NCBI GenBank assembly: GCA_963693055.1
Contig: OY843751.1
Location: 512,001 to 576,000 of the forward strand
From: a bacterium
GTDB taxonomy: Bacteria > Zhuqueibacterota > Zhuqueibacteria > Residuimicrobiales > Krinioviventaceae
Reading direction: 5' to 3'
Length of the DNA stretch: 64,000 nucleotides
A program made the translations under genes and the position numbers. Of this stretch, positions 35,997 through 45,500 are shown one piece after another. Within the stretch, counting starts at the first letter, position 1, and the number at the start of each line of letters is the position of its first letter. A model generated the notes under the pieces. That model saw only the letters and a list, made by a program, of their open reading frames with translations. It ran no database searches and had not been told where the DNA came from.

Positions 35997-37721
35997 ATGG
36001 TTCAGGAACGATTTGAACCCAAATTGATAACCGTTATCAAAGAGGGTTATTCCAGTTCGCAGTTTTTGAGTGATCTGGTTGCAGGAATTATTGTAGGTAT
36101 TGTTGCGTTGCCGTTGGCCCTGGCGTTTGCAATTGCATCAGGTGTCAAGCCAGAACAGGGGCTTTATACGGCAATTATTGCAGGATTTTTAATTTCTTTT
36201 TTTAGTGGAAGCCGGGTGCAAATTGGCGGCCCTACCGGTGCTTTTATTGTTATTGTTTACAATATTGTTCAGAATTATGGCTATAGTGGTTTGGCTACCG
36301 CTACGGTTATAGCTGGGGTGTTGCTCGTTATTATGGGTTTTTTACGCCTTGGTACAATCATAAAATATATCCCTTATCCTGTAACGGTTGGTTTTACTTT
36401 TGGTATCGCCATTATTATCTTTGCGGGGCAAATGCGTGACCTGCTAGGATTAGATATGGAAACTGTTCCTGCTGAATTTGTTGAAAAGTGGGTTGCTTAT
36501 GCAGACCATTTTCATTCCTTTAATTTTTATGCCTTTGGAATTGGACTTTTATCCGTTTTGATTGTTATCTTTTGGCCCAGGGTAACCCATCGGGTACCCG
36601 GTTCGTTGATTGCTATTCTATTGACTACTGCAATTGTACAGATTTTTGATGTGCCTGTTGAAACAATACAAAGCCGTTTTGGAAGTGTTTCCGGTCATTT
36701 TGGTGCAATACAAATTCCAAAATTGGATTTACAACATGTCAGGAATTTGTTCTCTCCGGCGGTATCTATTGCTTTGCTGGCTGGTATAGAGTCGTTATTG
36801 TCTGCTGTCGTTGCGGATGGCATGACAGGTCGTAAGCATAGATCGAATATGGAACTTGTTGCGCAGGGGATAGCGAATATTTTTTCTCCATTATTCGGCG
36901 GCATTCCGGCAACGGGTGCAATTGCCCGAACAGCTACCAATATTAAAAATGGGGGTAAAACCCCAATAGCAGGAATTGTGCACGCTGTTGTTTTGCTGTT
37001 AATTATGCTGTTTCTGGGCAAATGGGCAGCTTTAATACCTATGGCAACCCTGGCTGGCATTTTAATTATTGTTGCATACAATATGAGCGAGTGGCATTTG
37101 TTTATTAAATTGTTCAAAAGCCCCAAAAGTGATGTACTAGTATTGTTGATTACTTTTTTTCTTACCGTTTTTGTTGATTTGATTGTTGCTATCCAGGCTG
37201 GTGTTGTGCTGGCGGCTTTATTGTTTATGCGAAGAATGACCATGGTGACACAGGCGGGTTATATTAATGGTATTGTTCAGGATGAAGAAGAACAGGACGA
37301 CCTGAACAGCCTTTCGAGAAGAATAATACCGGATAATGTTGAAGTGTTTGAGGTGAATGGACCATTCTTTTTTGGTGCGGCAGACAAGTTCAAGAGCGCG
37401 CTGTACCAGGTACAGAAAAAACCGGATGTTTTGATCTTGAGAATGCGCAAGGTGCTATCCGTTGATGCTACAGGTTTGCGTGCATTGGAGGAAGTGGTTA
37501 ATAAAACGCGTCAGGAAGGGACGGTGCTTATTTTGTCAGGTGTGCATGCGCAACCGTTGGTTGCAATGGAACGTTCGGGACTGTTGGAAAAGATAGGTAG
37601 TGATAATTTGTTTGGAAATATTGATGACGCATTAAACAGGGCCAGAGATTTGATGGGCCTTCCTGTTGTGGAACCACCGCAACCCTTTATTCCGGTTGTA
37701 AAACGGGAAATGGATAAATAA
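35997..37721 (+). CDS. SulP family anion permease with STAS domain
   Basis: DLVAGIIVGIVALPLALAFAIASG; GGPTGAF; ESLLSAVVADG; C-terminal STAS. Confidence 0.95.
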   Translation: MVQERFEPKLITVIKEGYSSSQFLSDLVAGIIVGIVALPLALAFAIASGVKPEQGLYTAIIAGFLISFFSGSRVQIGGPTGAFIVIVYNIVQNYGYSGLATATVIAGVLLVIMGFLRLGTIIKYIPYPVTVGFTFGIAIIIFAGQMRDLLGLDMETVPAEFVEKWVAYADHFHSFNFYAFGIGLLSVLIVIFWPRVTHRVPGSLIAILLTTAIVQIFDVPVETIQSRFGSVSGHFGAIQIPKLDLQHVRNLFSPAVSIALLAGIESLLSAVVADGMTGRKHRSNMELVAQGIANIFSPLFGGIPATGAIARTATNIKNGGKTPIAGIVHAVVLLLIMLFLGKWAALIPMATLAGILIIVAYNMSEWHLFIKLFKSPKSDVLVLLITFFLTVFVDLIVAIQAGVVLAALLFMRRMTMVTQAGYINGIVQDEEEQDDLNSLSRRIIPDNVEVFEVNGPFFFGAADKFKSALYQVQKKPDVLILRMRKVLSVDATGLRALEEVVNKTRQEGTVLILSGVHAQPLVAMERSGLLEKIGSDNLFGNIDDALNRARDLMGLPVVEPPQPFIPVVKREMDK

Positions 37722-37731
37722 GATTATAAAT

Positions 37732-37761
37732 CACCGGCAGCCCTCCTGCTGGCCACCGGTG
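37732..37761 (-). terminator. Hairpin terminator between convergent SulP and TBDT genes
   Basis: Minus strand ACCGGTGGCC-loop-GGCTGCCGGT. Confidence 0.6.
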
Positions 37762-37770
37762 TTTGTTTTT

Positions 37771-40092
37771 CTAATGACCCAGTGTAAAACCTATTAATAA
37801 TCTTCTTGGGACTGATGGTCCATAAACATACCCTGCATCTCGGGCAATGCCTTTGTCAAAGTCTTTCTGAAAAGAGTCTGTAATATTGTACATACCGATT
37901 GAGAATGTACCATATGAATGCCCCATTACAGGCAGTTTGTAAGAAGCAACAAGATCAAAAGTTACAAAGCTTTTTGTATGTTCAAGACGATCTTGCACAA
38001 TGTATCCGGCATAGTGTGGAGCATACATGGGACCGGTATATTTTGAAATTCCAAGTAAATTGATTTTATTCGAAAGATCATATGAAAGCCGTACACTGCC
38101 ATATAAATCAGGGGTGCGGAAAATGTGTGTAGAATTGAAATCGGGTTCCGGGGAATCCAACTCGCTGTTTTGCAGGGTAAATCCGGTTGTGATTTCTGCT
38201 TTGCGTGTTCGAAAACCAACTTCAAACTCTACTCCTTTGACGACTGATCCATCGCCATTGGCACGATAAAATTCGAACTCATCGGTATTGGGATCATCTC
38301 TTTCATCCAGAATAAATGTTTTGGTAAGATCAGTATAAAATCCATTTAGACTGAACCGCAATCCATTTGTGCCCAGTATTTCTGTCCATTCTGCACCACC
38401 ATAAAAGGTTGTTGCCCGCTCTTCTTCCAAATCATCGCTATTGCGAATGATTTGACCTTCACCACCTACTTGAGTAATATGTAAATCTTCATCAAAGATT
38501 TGGGGAGGTTTAAAGCCAGTAGAAATACCACCACGTATGGTAAGAGGATTGGTGATATGCCAGCGCATAACAGCCCTGGGACTGAAAATAGCATTGTTTA
38601 TTTCAGAGTGTTTATCGATTCGGCTTCCATAAACCAGTTCAATCTGATCATTTTTATCCATTTTCCACATGTCTTGAAGGATTAATCCCAAATTGGTATA
38701 TGTTTCATCAATTATTCGATTGTAAGAAACGGCTATGTCTTTGAGTTTTTCTTGTTTGTATTGTACGCCTGCGGTTAGGAGGTGATTACTCAACAGGTAA
38801 TTTGCCTGGGCACCTGTTACCACTAGCGGATTTTCACTTTCTCCATAAGCATTAGGATCTTGCTCGGCACCATAATATGTATCACGGTTTGTTAGTGCCA
38901 GAGATGTGAAGACTTTATAATCAAGTAAGGCGCTGGGATTATGGGTCCACTTTAGTGAACCACCATATCGTTCTGTTTCGCTTGCTTCGGCAATGTCTGC
39001 TTTATGTGGAGCAAGATCAAATTTATTGCCACCCCGACGATCTTCGTGAATGAAGTGGGTTTGCAATGCCAGCTCGCCATTGATTACTGGTTTATAATAC
39101 CAGTTTAAACCAACTGCCTGATTTTCAAGTTTTCCGATTTCACTAAAACCATCGCTATTGGCATCCCAGGGATCACGATTCCTCATTGTTGCGAACAGAT
39201 ATCCACTCGAATTTCCTTTGCTATTTACTCGTGCAAGGGTAACTCCAAGCTTTTGGTCCAGATCACCATTGATGGAGCCGTTACGATAATCCAAAGCAAT
39301 GTCATTGTGAGTAGGTCGCCGGGTGATCAGGTTCACAACACCCGCAACAGCAGTGCCACCATATAAGGCTGAACCACCACCTTTAACAATTTCTACTTTT
39401 TCAATCATTTCATCAGGGAACTGTTCAAGTCCATAGACATTGGCAAGGCTGCTAATAACGGGGTCACTGTCAATAAGTACCTGGGTGTGGTGGCCTTCCA
39501 TGCCCAGCAGGCGTACCTGGGTAAAATTACAATTCTGGCAGTTTTGTTCAACTCTTACACCTGTTTGAAAGTCCAATACTTCTGCCAGGTTGTTTGCTTT
39601 TTGGGCCTGTATCAATTTTCGGGATACAACAGATGTTTTAACCGGTGCGTCTTTATAAAATTGAGGAACTCCGGTTGCTGTAACAACAACTTCTTCAGCT
39701 TTGATCACTGAGGGATTGAGTTCGAATTCAATGCTGGTTGTTTTGTTGAGGGATATTTTTACTTCTTTTTCAATAGACTCAAAACCCATCATTGATACTT
39801 TGAGTCTATACATACCTGGTTGAAGATTTGATATTTTAAATGTACCATCATGGTTGGTAGCAGCACCAAGATAAGTGCCTGTAATTAATACATTGGCACC
39901 AGGAAGCGGTTCATGACTTTCAGTGTCTAATATAACTCCAGCTAAGGTACCGTTTTGATTATTGTGATGATGACCTTTGCGGTGTTGATGTCTGTTGGTT
40001 TCCTGTGCGTATGAAATATGAATATTCAGGGATTGAAATATATATAAAACAGCGATGAACACTGCCAATTTGATAGAATAATTCCTTGACAT
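37771..40092 (-). CDS. TonB-dependent receptor with His-rich N-terminus and CQNC plug motif (probable metal uptake)
   Basis: HQHRKGHHH after the signal peptide; GVRVEQNCQNCNFTQVR; VKGGGSALYG; RDAGYVYGP. Confidence 0.92.
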   Translation of the reverse strand: MSRNYSIKLAVFIAVLYIFQSLNIHISYAQETNRHQHRKGHHHNNQNGTLAGVILDTESHEPLPGANVLITGTYLGAATNHDGTFKISNLQPGMYRLKVSMMGFESIEKEVKISLNKTTSIEFELNPSVIKAEEVVVTATGVPQFYKDAPVKTSVVSRKLIQAQKANNLAEVLDFQTGVRVEQNCQNCNFTQVRLLGMEGHHTQVLIDSDPVISSLANVYGLEQFPDEMIEKVEIVKGGGSALYGGTAVAGVVNLITRRPTHNDIALDYRNGSINGDLDQKLGVTLARVNSKGNSSGYLFATMRNRDPWDANSDGFSEIGKLENQAVGLNWYYKPVINGELALQTHFIHEDRRGGNKFDLAPHKADIAEASETERYGGSLKWTHNPSALLDYKVFTSLALTNRDTYYGAEQDPNAYGESENPLVVTGAQANYLLSNHLLTAGVQYKQEKLKDIAVSYNRIIDETYTNLGLILQDMWKMDKNDQIELVYGSRIDKHSEINNAIFSPRAVMRWHITNPLTIRGGISTGFKPPQIFDEDLHITQVGGEGQIIRNSDDLEEERATTFYGGAEWTEILGTNGLRFSLNGFYTDLTKTFILDERDDPNTDEFEFYRANGDGSVVKGVEFEVGFRTRKAEITTGFTLQNSELDSPEPDFNSTHIFRTPDLYGSVRLSYDLSNKINLLGISKYTGPMYAPHYAGYIVQDRLEHTKSFVTFDLVASYKLPVMGHSYGTFSIGMYNITDSFQKDFDKGIARDAGYVYGPSVPRRLLIGFTLGH

Positions 40093-40225
40093 TTTCTACT
40101 CCAAGTCAGATGAAAATATTTATATATATCCTGTATTATTGGACGGAATAGGATAGAGTCCAACAATTACCCATCGCAATAAACAGGTTGAAAAATGAAT
40201 GTGTTATAATGTGAAAACAGTTGTA

Positions 40226-40603
40226 TTAGATAGAAACAGGAGGTGCTCTAAGAATAATGAAAAATGTGAGAAATAGAGACTGTAAAATGTGCGTTCGCCC
40301 AATTTTTAGCTGTTGCGCGAATTTTTGGTCAATGAGAGAGTGTATGAAAAGTATAACAAGAAAAGCCAACAGTGTAAATAGCGTGTGGCAAAGAAGAAAT
40401 CCGCTTTCAGTGTGAGAATGGCTTTGATTGGGGCTGCCAGTTTTGTTGAATGGAATTGCATGGCTGTGAACTACAATTTTACCATCAGGCAGAACGTGAA
40501 TATGGGTAAATAGCATTGTAGCTATTAAAAGCATAGACAATGCTGCAATCATGAAAATTGATATTATAGAACAAAAAAGATTTTTTCTGTTATGACAGAT
40601 CAT
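40226..40603 (-). CDS. His-rich membrane leader protein ending in RAPP (DUF2946/CruR-like arrest-peptide candidate)
   Basis: 125 aa from ATG 40603, overlapping the mntR stop; TM-HIH-LPDG-HSH...HSH-TM...LRAPPVSI. Confidence 0.75.
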   Translation of the reverse strand: MICHNRKNLFCSIISIFMIAALSMLLIATMLFTHIHVLPDGKIVVHSHAIPFNKTGSPNQSHSHTESGFLLCHTLFTLLAFLVILFIHSLIDQKFAQQLKIGRTHILQSLFLTFFIILRAPPVSI

Positions 40604-41144
40604 TTTCCTGCCTAAAGTAATTTTCATCACCTGAGAAATAACATTCGATTTCGCAAACATCACATTGTTCATCTTGGTGGGTGCAATTGTAATTGTATTC
40701 TGAAAAGGCTTTGCGAAATGCAACAGCACGTGGATCATCTGAAAGGTAAAAGCCCATAAAAGATAGAATTTTGGCACTGGATTCTTTGGTAACCAGGTGC
40801 TCAATTTTGCAGGCATCTTCTTCTGCAACTGTGGGATTCACCAGCATAATCTCGGACAATAATCTTTCAAATAATCTTCTTTTCGACAATACCGCGTTTA
40901 CAAGTTGATTGCCAGTGTCAGATAGTTTAAAAAAACGGTTTTTATCTTCTAAAATATAGCCTTTTGCCACTAGTTTATTGACTGTTATGGAGACACTGCC
41001 ACGCGTTAATCCCAGGTAATTTGAAATATCTATGCTTCTTGCGTAACCCTGAGTTTTAACAAGTGTGTGTATTGCCATAAGATAATGCACTGAACTGTGG
41101 CTGAGTTCAATTTCGTCAAATTTTTTCCAAACATCTTGAATCAT
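40590..41144 (-). CDS. mntR: DtxR/MntR family metal-dependent repressor with Cys-rich tail
   Basis: HYLMAIH; ARSIDIS; AEEDACKIEH; tail CTHQDEQCDVCEIEC. Confidence 0.85.
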   Translation of the reverse strand: MIQDVWKKFDEIELSHSSVHYLMAIHTLVKTQGYARSIDISNYLGLTRGSVSITVNKLVAKGYILEDKNRFFKLSDTGNQLVNAVLSKRRLFERLLSEIMLVNPTVAEEDACKIEHLVTKESSAKILSFMGFYLSDDPRAVAFRKAFSEYNYNCTHQDEQCDVCEIECYFSGDENYFRQENDLS

Positions 41145-41156
41145 GATTGCTACTTT

Positions 41157-41207
41157 TGTTTTGCATGTCAAACATTGAAATATAATGTGATTATTATAAA
41201 TATACAA
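41157..41207 (-). promoter_or_regulatory. mntR promoter and palindromic operator
   Basis: TTGTAT-N17-TATATT (41207-41179); imperfect palindrome TGTTTTGCATGTCAAACA (41157-41174) at the expected start site. Confidence 0.6.
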
Positions 41208-41294
41208 GTAAAATTATGTGGTTTTTTATTTGAATATTTGTATTTTGAACAAGATTCAGATTTATTTGTACTTGATTTCTTGCAGTATGGAGAA

Positions 41295-41677
41295 ATGTAT
41301 GAAACTTTGCCAAAATGAACAACGATATTCTTGTTTTAACATCCTCGGGGCCATTAATTGATTCTGAAAATAAACAGTTCCTGGAAGATTCTTTTCATTT
41401 GTCAAAGAAAATAATCCCAGATTTGTTCTCATCGATAGCCGAAAGCTTGAAGGGCGCTTTTCAATAGGCGATGTTTTTTTTTTTTCAAATCAAAGATATA
41501 TCCCTGTGCACTGATAGAACCTATGAAAAAGTTGCAATCGTTGAGCGACAAGAGTTTCGTGATAAAATAGAGTTTTACAGAGTAGCCGCCTGGAACGCGG
41601 GATTACGGTTGAATTTCTTTTATGATTATGAGAGCGCTCTTGATTGGTTAAATACTCGAGTCCCCCCAAAGATATAA
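41295..41677 (+). pseudogene. STAS/SEC14 (SpoIIAA-like) protein broken by three homopolymer frameshifts
   Basis: GGAGAA-ATG at 41295; joined frames read ILVLTSSG...VLIDSRKL...KVAIV...FFYDYESALDWL. Confidence 0.6.
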
Positions 41678-41844
41678 TTATGGAAATATTATCATAAATA
41701 GCTGTGAAATTCTATATGATTTAAGGGACGCAAAGTTTGAATTGTATATGTGAATTGTAAGAAACCGTAGGTAGTAAAAAGGGCTTGGTATAAATATTAC
41801 TGAATTATAATCAAGCCCTTGAATGGTAATACAGCCAGGAATTT

Positions 41845-43206
41845 TTATAGATTTTTTAATTTTTCTTGCAGTTCCAAATACTCGCATAGCAAGTTGATAT
41901 TCATATTGAAAACAGTACTGTTGATTCTGTCTTTGGTGATATATTCACCACTCCATCTCACTCCGGGAATGTAATTTTTATACTTGTCATTTTTTGAAAC
42001 CCAGCGTCCTTGAGCATCCTGGCTTTTAATAATTTCCTTGATTTGTGGCTCAATTTCTAACAGACGGGCTTGTATCCCATCTTTGGTTTGCATGGGTTCT
42101 GGTAACGGAATTTTATTTTGAACAGCGTTAATGGTAATTTGACAACGTTTTTTTACTGCACTCAACGCATTACTTAGATCACTTTCATAACCGTAACCGG
42201 TTCTTCGTTCAATGTGCAAGCTGTCAGTAGTTTCTACTCTGATACGACCGCGATCGTAATAGAGGGGTTTGTTGGTATAGAGTTCAACAAAACGGGCCCA
42301 CTTGCCATTGGGGAGCTGGATATCATCCAGCCAGTTTAATGCATCTGGTATTGCAACAAGATAGTGTGGGTCATTTAGACATTCAAACAAGTCCAACAAA
42401 CTGTTCATAACACGTATAGTTACCAGGGGACAGGCAGCTGGGGGTTCAAAATCACGGGCCCAAGCCGGCTGCAGGTGTTGATTATATTGTTGTGCCCAAC
42501 CGGGTTGAGGAGGCGCAATTTGAGATATCATGAGAAAACGGCCAACTTTTTCTAATGATTGTCTATATTCAGGGTTTTTATAATATTGCCAGGCATCCAT
42601 CATGACCTGAATGCAGTCATTAATACCGCCATCATTAAAGGTGGCAAAATCGTGATAATTGCCCTGTTCAGGGTATTTGTGAGGCCAGCCTCCATCTGTC
42701 AGTTGGCTTTTTTGCATCATATCCATTGCTTTTTCAATTGAATGCGTTAGAGAATCCTCGTCAATGATTTGATCTAACTGCATTAAAAAGCGTATTGCAC
42801 TTTGAGTCTGATTATCATCAAAACTTACGATATCACTTTTATGGGTAACATTGATAGTATGGTCCCAACCACCGAGATCATTTTGACCACGGATTAATGC
42901 AAACGCAGCTGCTTTTGCGGCTTCAAGTGCGGTCTGACTCGATGTTGCGTGATATGCACGAATAAAACTCATACCCACAGCAGGTGTTCCCGGAGGCTGA
43001 ACTTCTATTGTATTATCATCGGTTCTGCTTTCGCCCCAGCGTTCAGTCATATCCAGTGTATAGCTATAAACATAGCCGCCGTGTACATTTATAGAGTAGT
43101 AATATTCTACTCCCTTTTCGATTGCGTTTTTTGCGTTTTGGACAATGTTTTGTGAAAAGGCGGTAATAGAAAAGAGGACGAAAATAGTAACTATTTTCTT
43201 TTTCAT
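41845..43206 (-). CDS. Pectate lyase, PL10 (PelA-like) family
   Basis: SFDDNQT; GGWPH; ATFNDG; WAQQY; PAWARDFEPPA; signal peptide from ATG 43206. Confidence 0.85.
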   Translation of the reverse strand: MKKKIVTIFVLFSITAFSQNIVQNAKNAIEKGVEYYYSINVHGGYVYSYTLDMTERWGESRTDDNTIEVQPPGTPAVGMSFIRAYHATSSQTALEAAKAAAFALIRGQNDLGGWDHTINVTHKSDIVSFDDNQTQSAIRFLMQLDQIIDEDSLTHSIEKAMDMMQKSQLTDGGWPHKYPEQGNYHDFATFNDGGINDCIQVMMDAWQYYKNPEYRQSLEKVGRFLMISQIAPPQPGWAQQYNQHLQPAWARDFEPPAACPLVTIRVMNSLLDLFECLNDPHYLVAIPDALNWLDDIQLPNGKWARFVELYTNKPLYYDRGRIRVETTDSLHIERRTGYGYESDLSNALSAVKKRCQITINAVQNKIPLPEPMQTKDGIQARLLEIEPQIKEIIKSQDAQGRWVSKNDKYKNYIPGVRWSGEYITKDRINSTVFNMNINLLCEYLELQEKLKNL

Positions 43207-43475
43207 AAGAGGTCTCCGGAAGTGAGTTGTTTTTATGATTATTAGTATATACATATTTTGTTTTGTAGTCAATAGATATATTTTCGCTGCATTCTGAGAA
43301 AAGGGTGATTGAAAAAAAAGGAAGAAACCTAAATTGATTATGTTATAATATTTAAGAATCTGTCTGATTTGCCGACAATATGTAATAATGCTAAATCCTT
43401 TCTTAAGCATTTCAATTGTTTTCAAGTAATATAATTAACAATATTTTTAAATTTCAAATTAGAATTGGGGAAGTG

Positions 43476-44345
43476 ATGGAATCTTTTGACTCTGAAGTAA
43501 TTGAAAATATAAAGCTTGAACCCGCAGATCTTGACTCTTTTGCATGTTGGAAAAAAGAGAATGGTCACGATATTGTAAATAATGAAGGCATCTATTGGGA
43601 AAAGATATTTCAAGGATTTTATCAACCGGCGCATATTGTGCAAAAATTAAGTCTTGAACAAATCAATTATCCTCAATTTTTGCACTGGGGTGTAAGAGGC
43701 GTTTTGCAGGATTCAGAGTCATCCCTTGCGAATGGCTTGATACCTTTTTATGCTTTTGAACAGATCGATAATTTTGATATCACTGTTTTCTCTCATCAAC
43801 GTCGGTCCAATATTCGAAAATGCTTTAGAAATGTTGAAATACGTGAAGTCAAAGATGAAAAAGTAATGTTAGAACAAGGCTATAATGTTATAACATCTTC
43901 TTTACAAAGAACAAATCATTTGGGAATACCTTCAAAAGAAAATTATATAAAGCATTGCACCGCGTACCTAAATAGTGGTGATAACAGCCATATTGTATTA
44001 GGTGCATTTCTGGAAAACAGGCTTTTAGCATATCTTGATATTTGTGCTGTAGAGGAAACCGCGTATTTGATGAATATGTATATTCACTCAGACGCATTAC
44101 GCTTTTCTGTTAGTCCGGGTTTGTTTTATAGTGCATTTTTACTTTGCCGGGAGAGTGAAAAAATTACCCAGGTATTAGCAGGTGGCCCAACTCCGGATGA
44201 TAACGGTTTGGAAATATTTAAAAAGAGAATGGGGTTTAATATAGTTGACGTTCCAACATTTTGCAAAATGAATAAAATGGTTGCTTTATTATTAAGGATG
44301 AAATGTCCTGAAAGTTATCATAAACTATTGACTACACACCACTAG
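43476..44345 (+). CDS. GNAT/FemAB-like acyltransferase-fold protein, paralog 1
   Basis: RRSNIRKCFRNVEI; VLGAFLENRLLAY; GLEIFKKRMGF. Confidence 0.75.
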   Translation: MESFDSEVIENIKLEPADLDSFACWKKENGHDIVNNEGIYWEKIFQGFYQPAHIVQKLSLEQINYPQFLHWGVRGVLQDSESSLANGLIPFYAFEQIDNFDITVFSHQRRSNIRKCFRNVEIREVKDEKVMLEQGYNVITSSLQRTNHLGIPSKENYIKHCTAYLNSGDNSHIVLGAFLENRLLAYLDICAVEETAYLMNMYIHSDALRFSVSPGLFYSAFLLCRESEKITQVLAGGPTPDDNGLEIFKKRMGFNIVDVPTFCKMNKMVALLLRMKCPESYHKLLTTHH

Positions 44346-44398
44346 TTATTTTCATTTTGTGAAATCTGATAGTATTATTTCTAATCAGGTGAATCTGA

Positions 44399-45271
44399 AT
44401 GAAAACTGTAGATATTGAACCAATTCTGTCAAGTATAACCCTTTTTCCTGCTTCAATTAAAGATTTTGCAATTTGGAAAGCCTCGCAAGGTCATCATATT
44501 GTTGAAAAAAACAATTTATATTGGCACGAGGCTTTTAAAGGCTTTTACCAACCGATACATATATTACAAGAATTGCATCAGAATCAAATCCATTCGCCTA
44601 AAATGATGGCCTGGGGAGTACGAGGTGCATTGAAAAAGAGTGAACAGTTTTTAGCAAATGGGGCAATTGAGTACTATACCCTCCCAAATTTAAACAGTTT
44701 TGATTTTAGCATGTTTTCTCAAAAACGGAGAGAAAATATACGTAAATGTTTTCGCAGGGTAGAAATTAAAGAAATAAAAGATGAAAATATTTTACTGGAG
44801 CAGGGATATGATGTTGTTCGTTCTTCATTAGAACGTACACATCATGCTTCCATACCCACAAAAGAAAAGTATCTTGCAAACGGCACAGCATATGTGAACA
44901 GGGGTGATAACAGTCATATGGTTTTAGGAGCGTTTGAAGACAATAAACTGCTCGCATTTTTAGAACTCTCAGCGGTTGAGGATACGGTTTATCTGGTGAC
45001 TATGATGATTGCATCTGAAGCATTAAAGCATGGTGTGAGCTCGGGTTTGTTTTATACGTCGTTTGAGCTGAGCAAGTATGCTCCCGGAGTAAGACGAATG
45101 TTTGCCGGTGGCAGAACCAGCGGACATGAAACGCTTGATGTTTTTAAACAAAGTATGGGAATGTCTATTGTTAAAGAACCATTCTGGAGTAATATTTTAT
45201 CTTCTGCAAGATTTGTTTTAAAACACAAGTACCCTCAAAAATACAATCGGCTGATTGGTGGATTGGTATGA
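44399..45271 (+). CDS. GNAT/FemAB-like acyltransferase-fold protein, paralog 2
   Basis: RRENIRKCFRRVEI; VLGAFEDNKLLAF; LDVFKQSMGM; colinear with paralog 1. Confidence 0.75.
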   Translation: MKTVDIEPILSSITLFPASIKDFAIWKASQGHHIVEKNNLYWHEAFKGFYQPIHILQELHQNQIHSPKMMAWGVRGALKKSEQFLANGAIEYYTLPNLNSFDFSMFSQKRRENIRKCFRRVEIKEIKDENILLEQGYDVVRSSLERTHHASIPTKEKYLANGTAYVNRGDNSHMVLGAFEDNKLLAFLELSAVEDTVYLVTMMIASEALKHGVSSGLFYTSFELSKYAPGVRRMFAGGRTSGHETLDVFKQSMGMSIVKEPFWSNILSSARFVLKHKYPQKYNRLIGGLV

Positions 45272-45500
45272 GTATGTTTAAATAATAGTCTGTTTTTAGT
45301 CTTGATAGAATTGTTGTTATATTGACAATAGCATTAATTATATGTATATATAGAAACATCTGAAATATTGGATTTTTTCATATTGAACTATTAAATTGAG
45401 TTCAATTTTCCAAAGAGATTAAAATATTTATAAAATCTATATCATTTGCAATTGTTCTTTGACAAAATTTACTATTATAACTCGAATGCATAGGTTATAT

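Noticed and set aside
36695-37243. 182-aa antisense ORF and similar short ORFs nested in long genes
   Set aside because: Opposite-strand or alternate-frame shadows of well-supported genes, with no SD or recognisable motifs.
40604-40828. N-terminal extension of the 200-aa ORF call
   Set aside because: Out-of-frame overlap with mntR; the coupled ATG at 40603 is more plausible.
43207-43475. Long N-terminal extensions of the PL10 and GNAT ORFs
   Set aside because: AT-rich divergent promoter region; downstream ATGs at 43206 and 43476 have better SD context, and 43206 begins a signal peptide.
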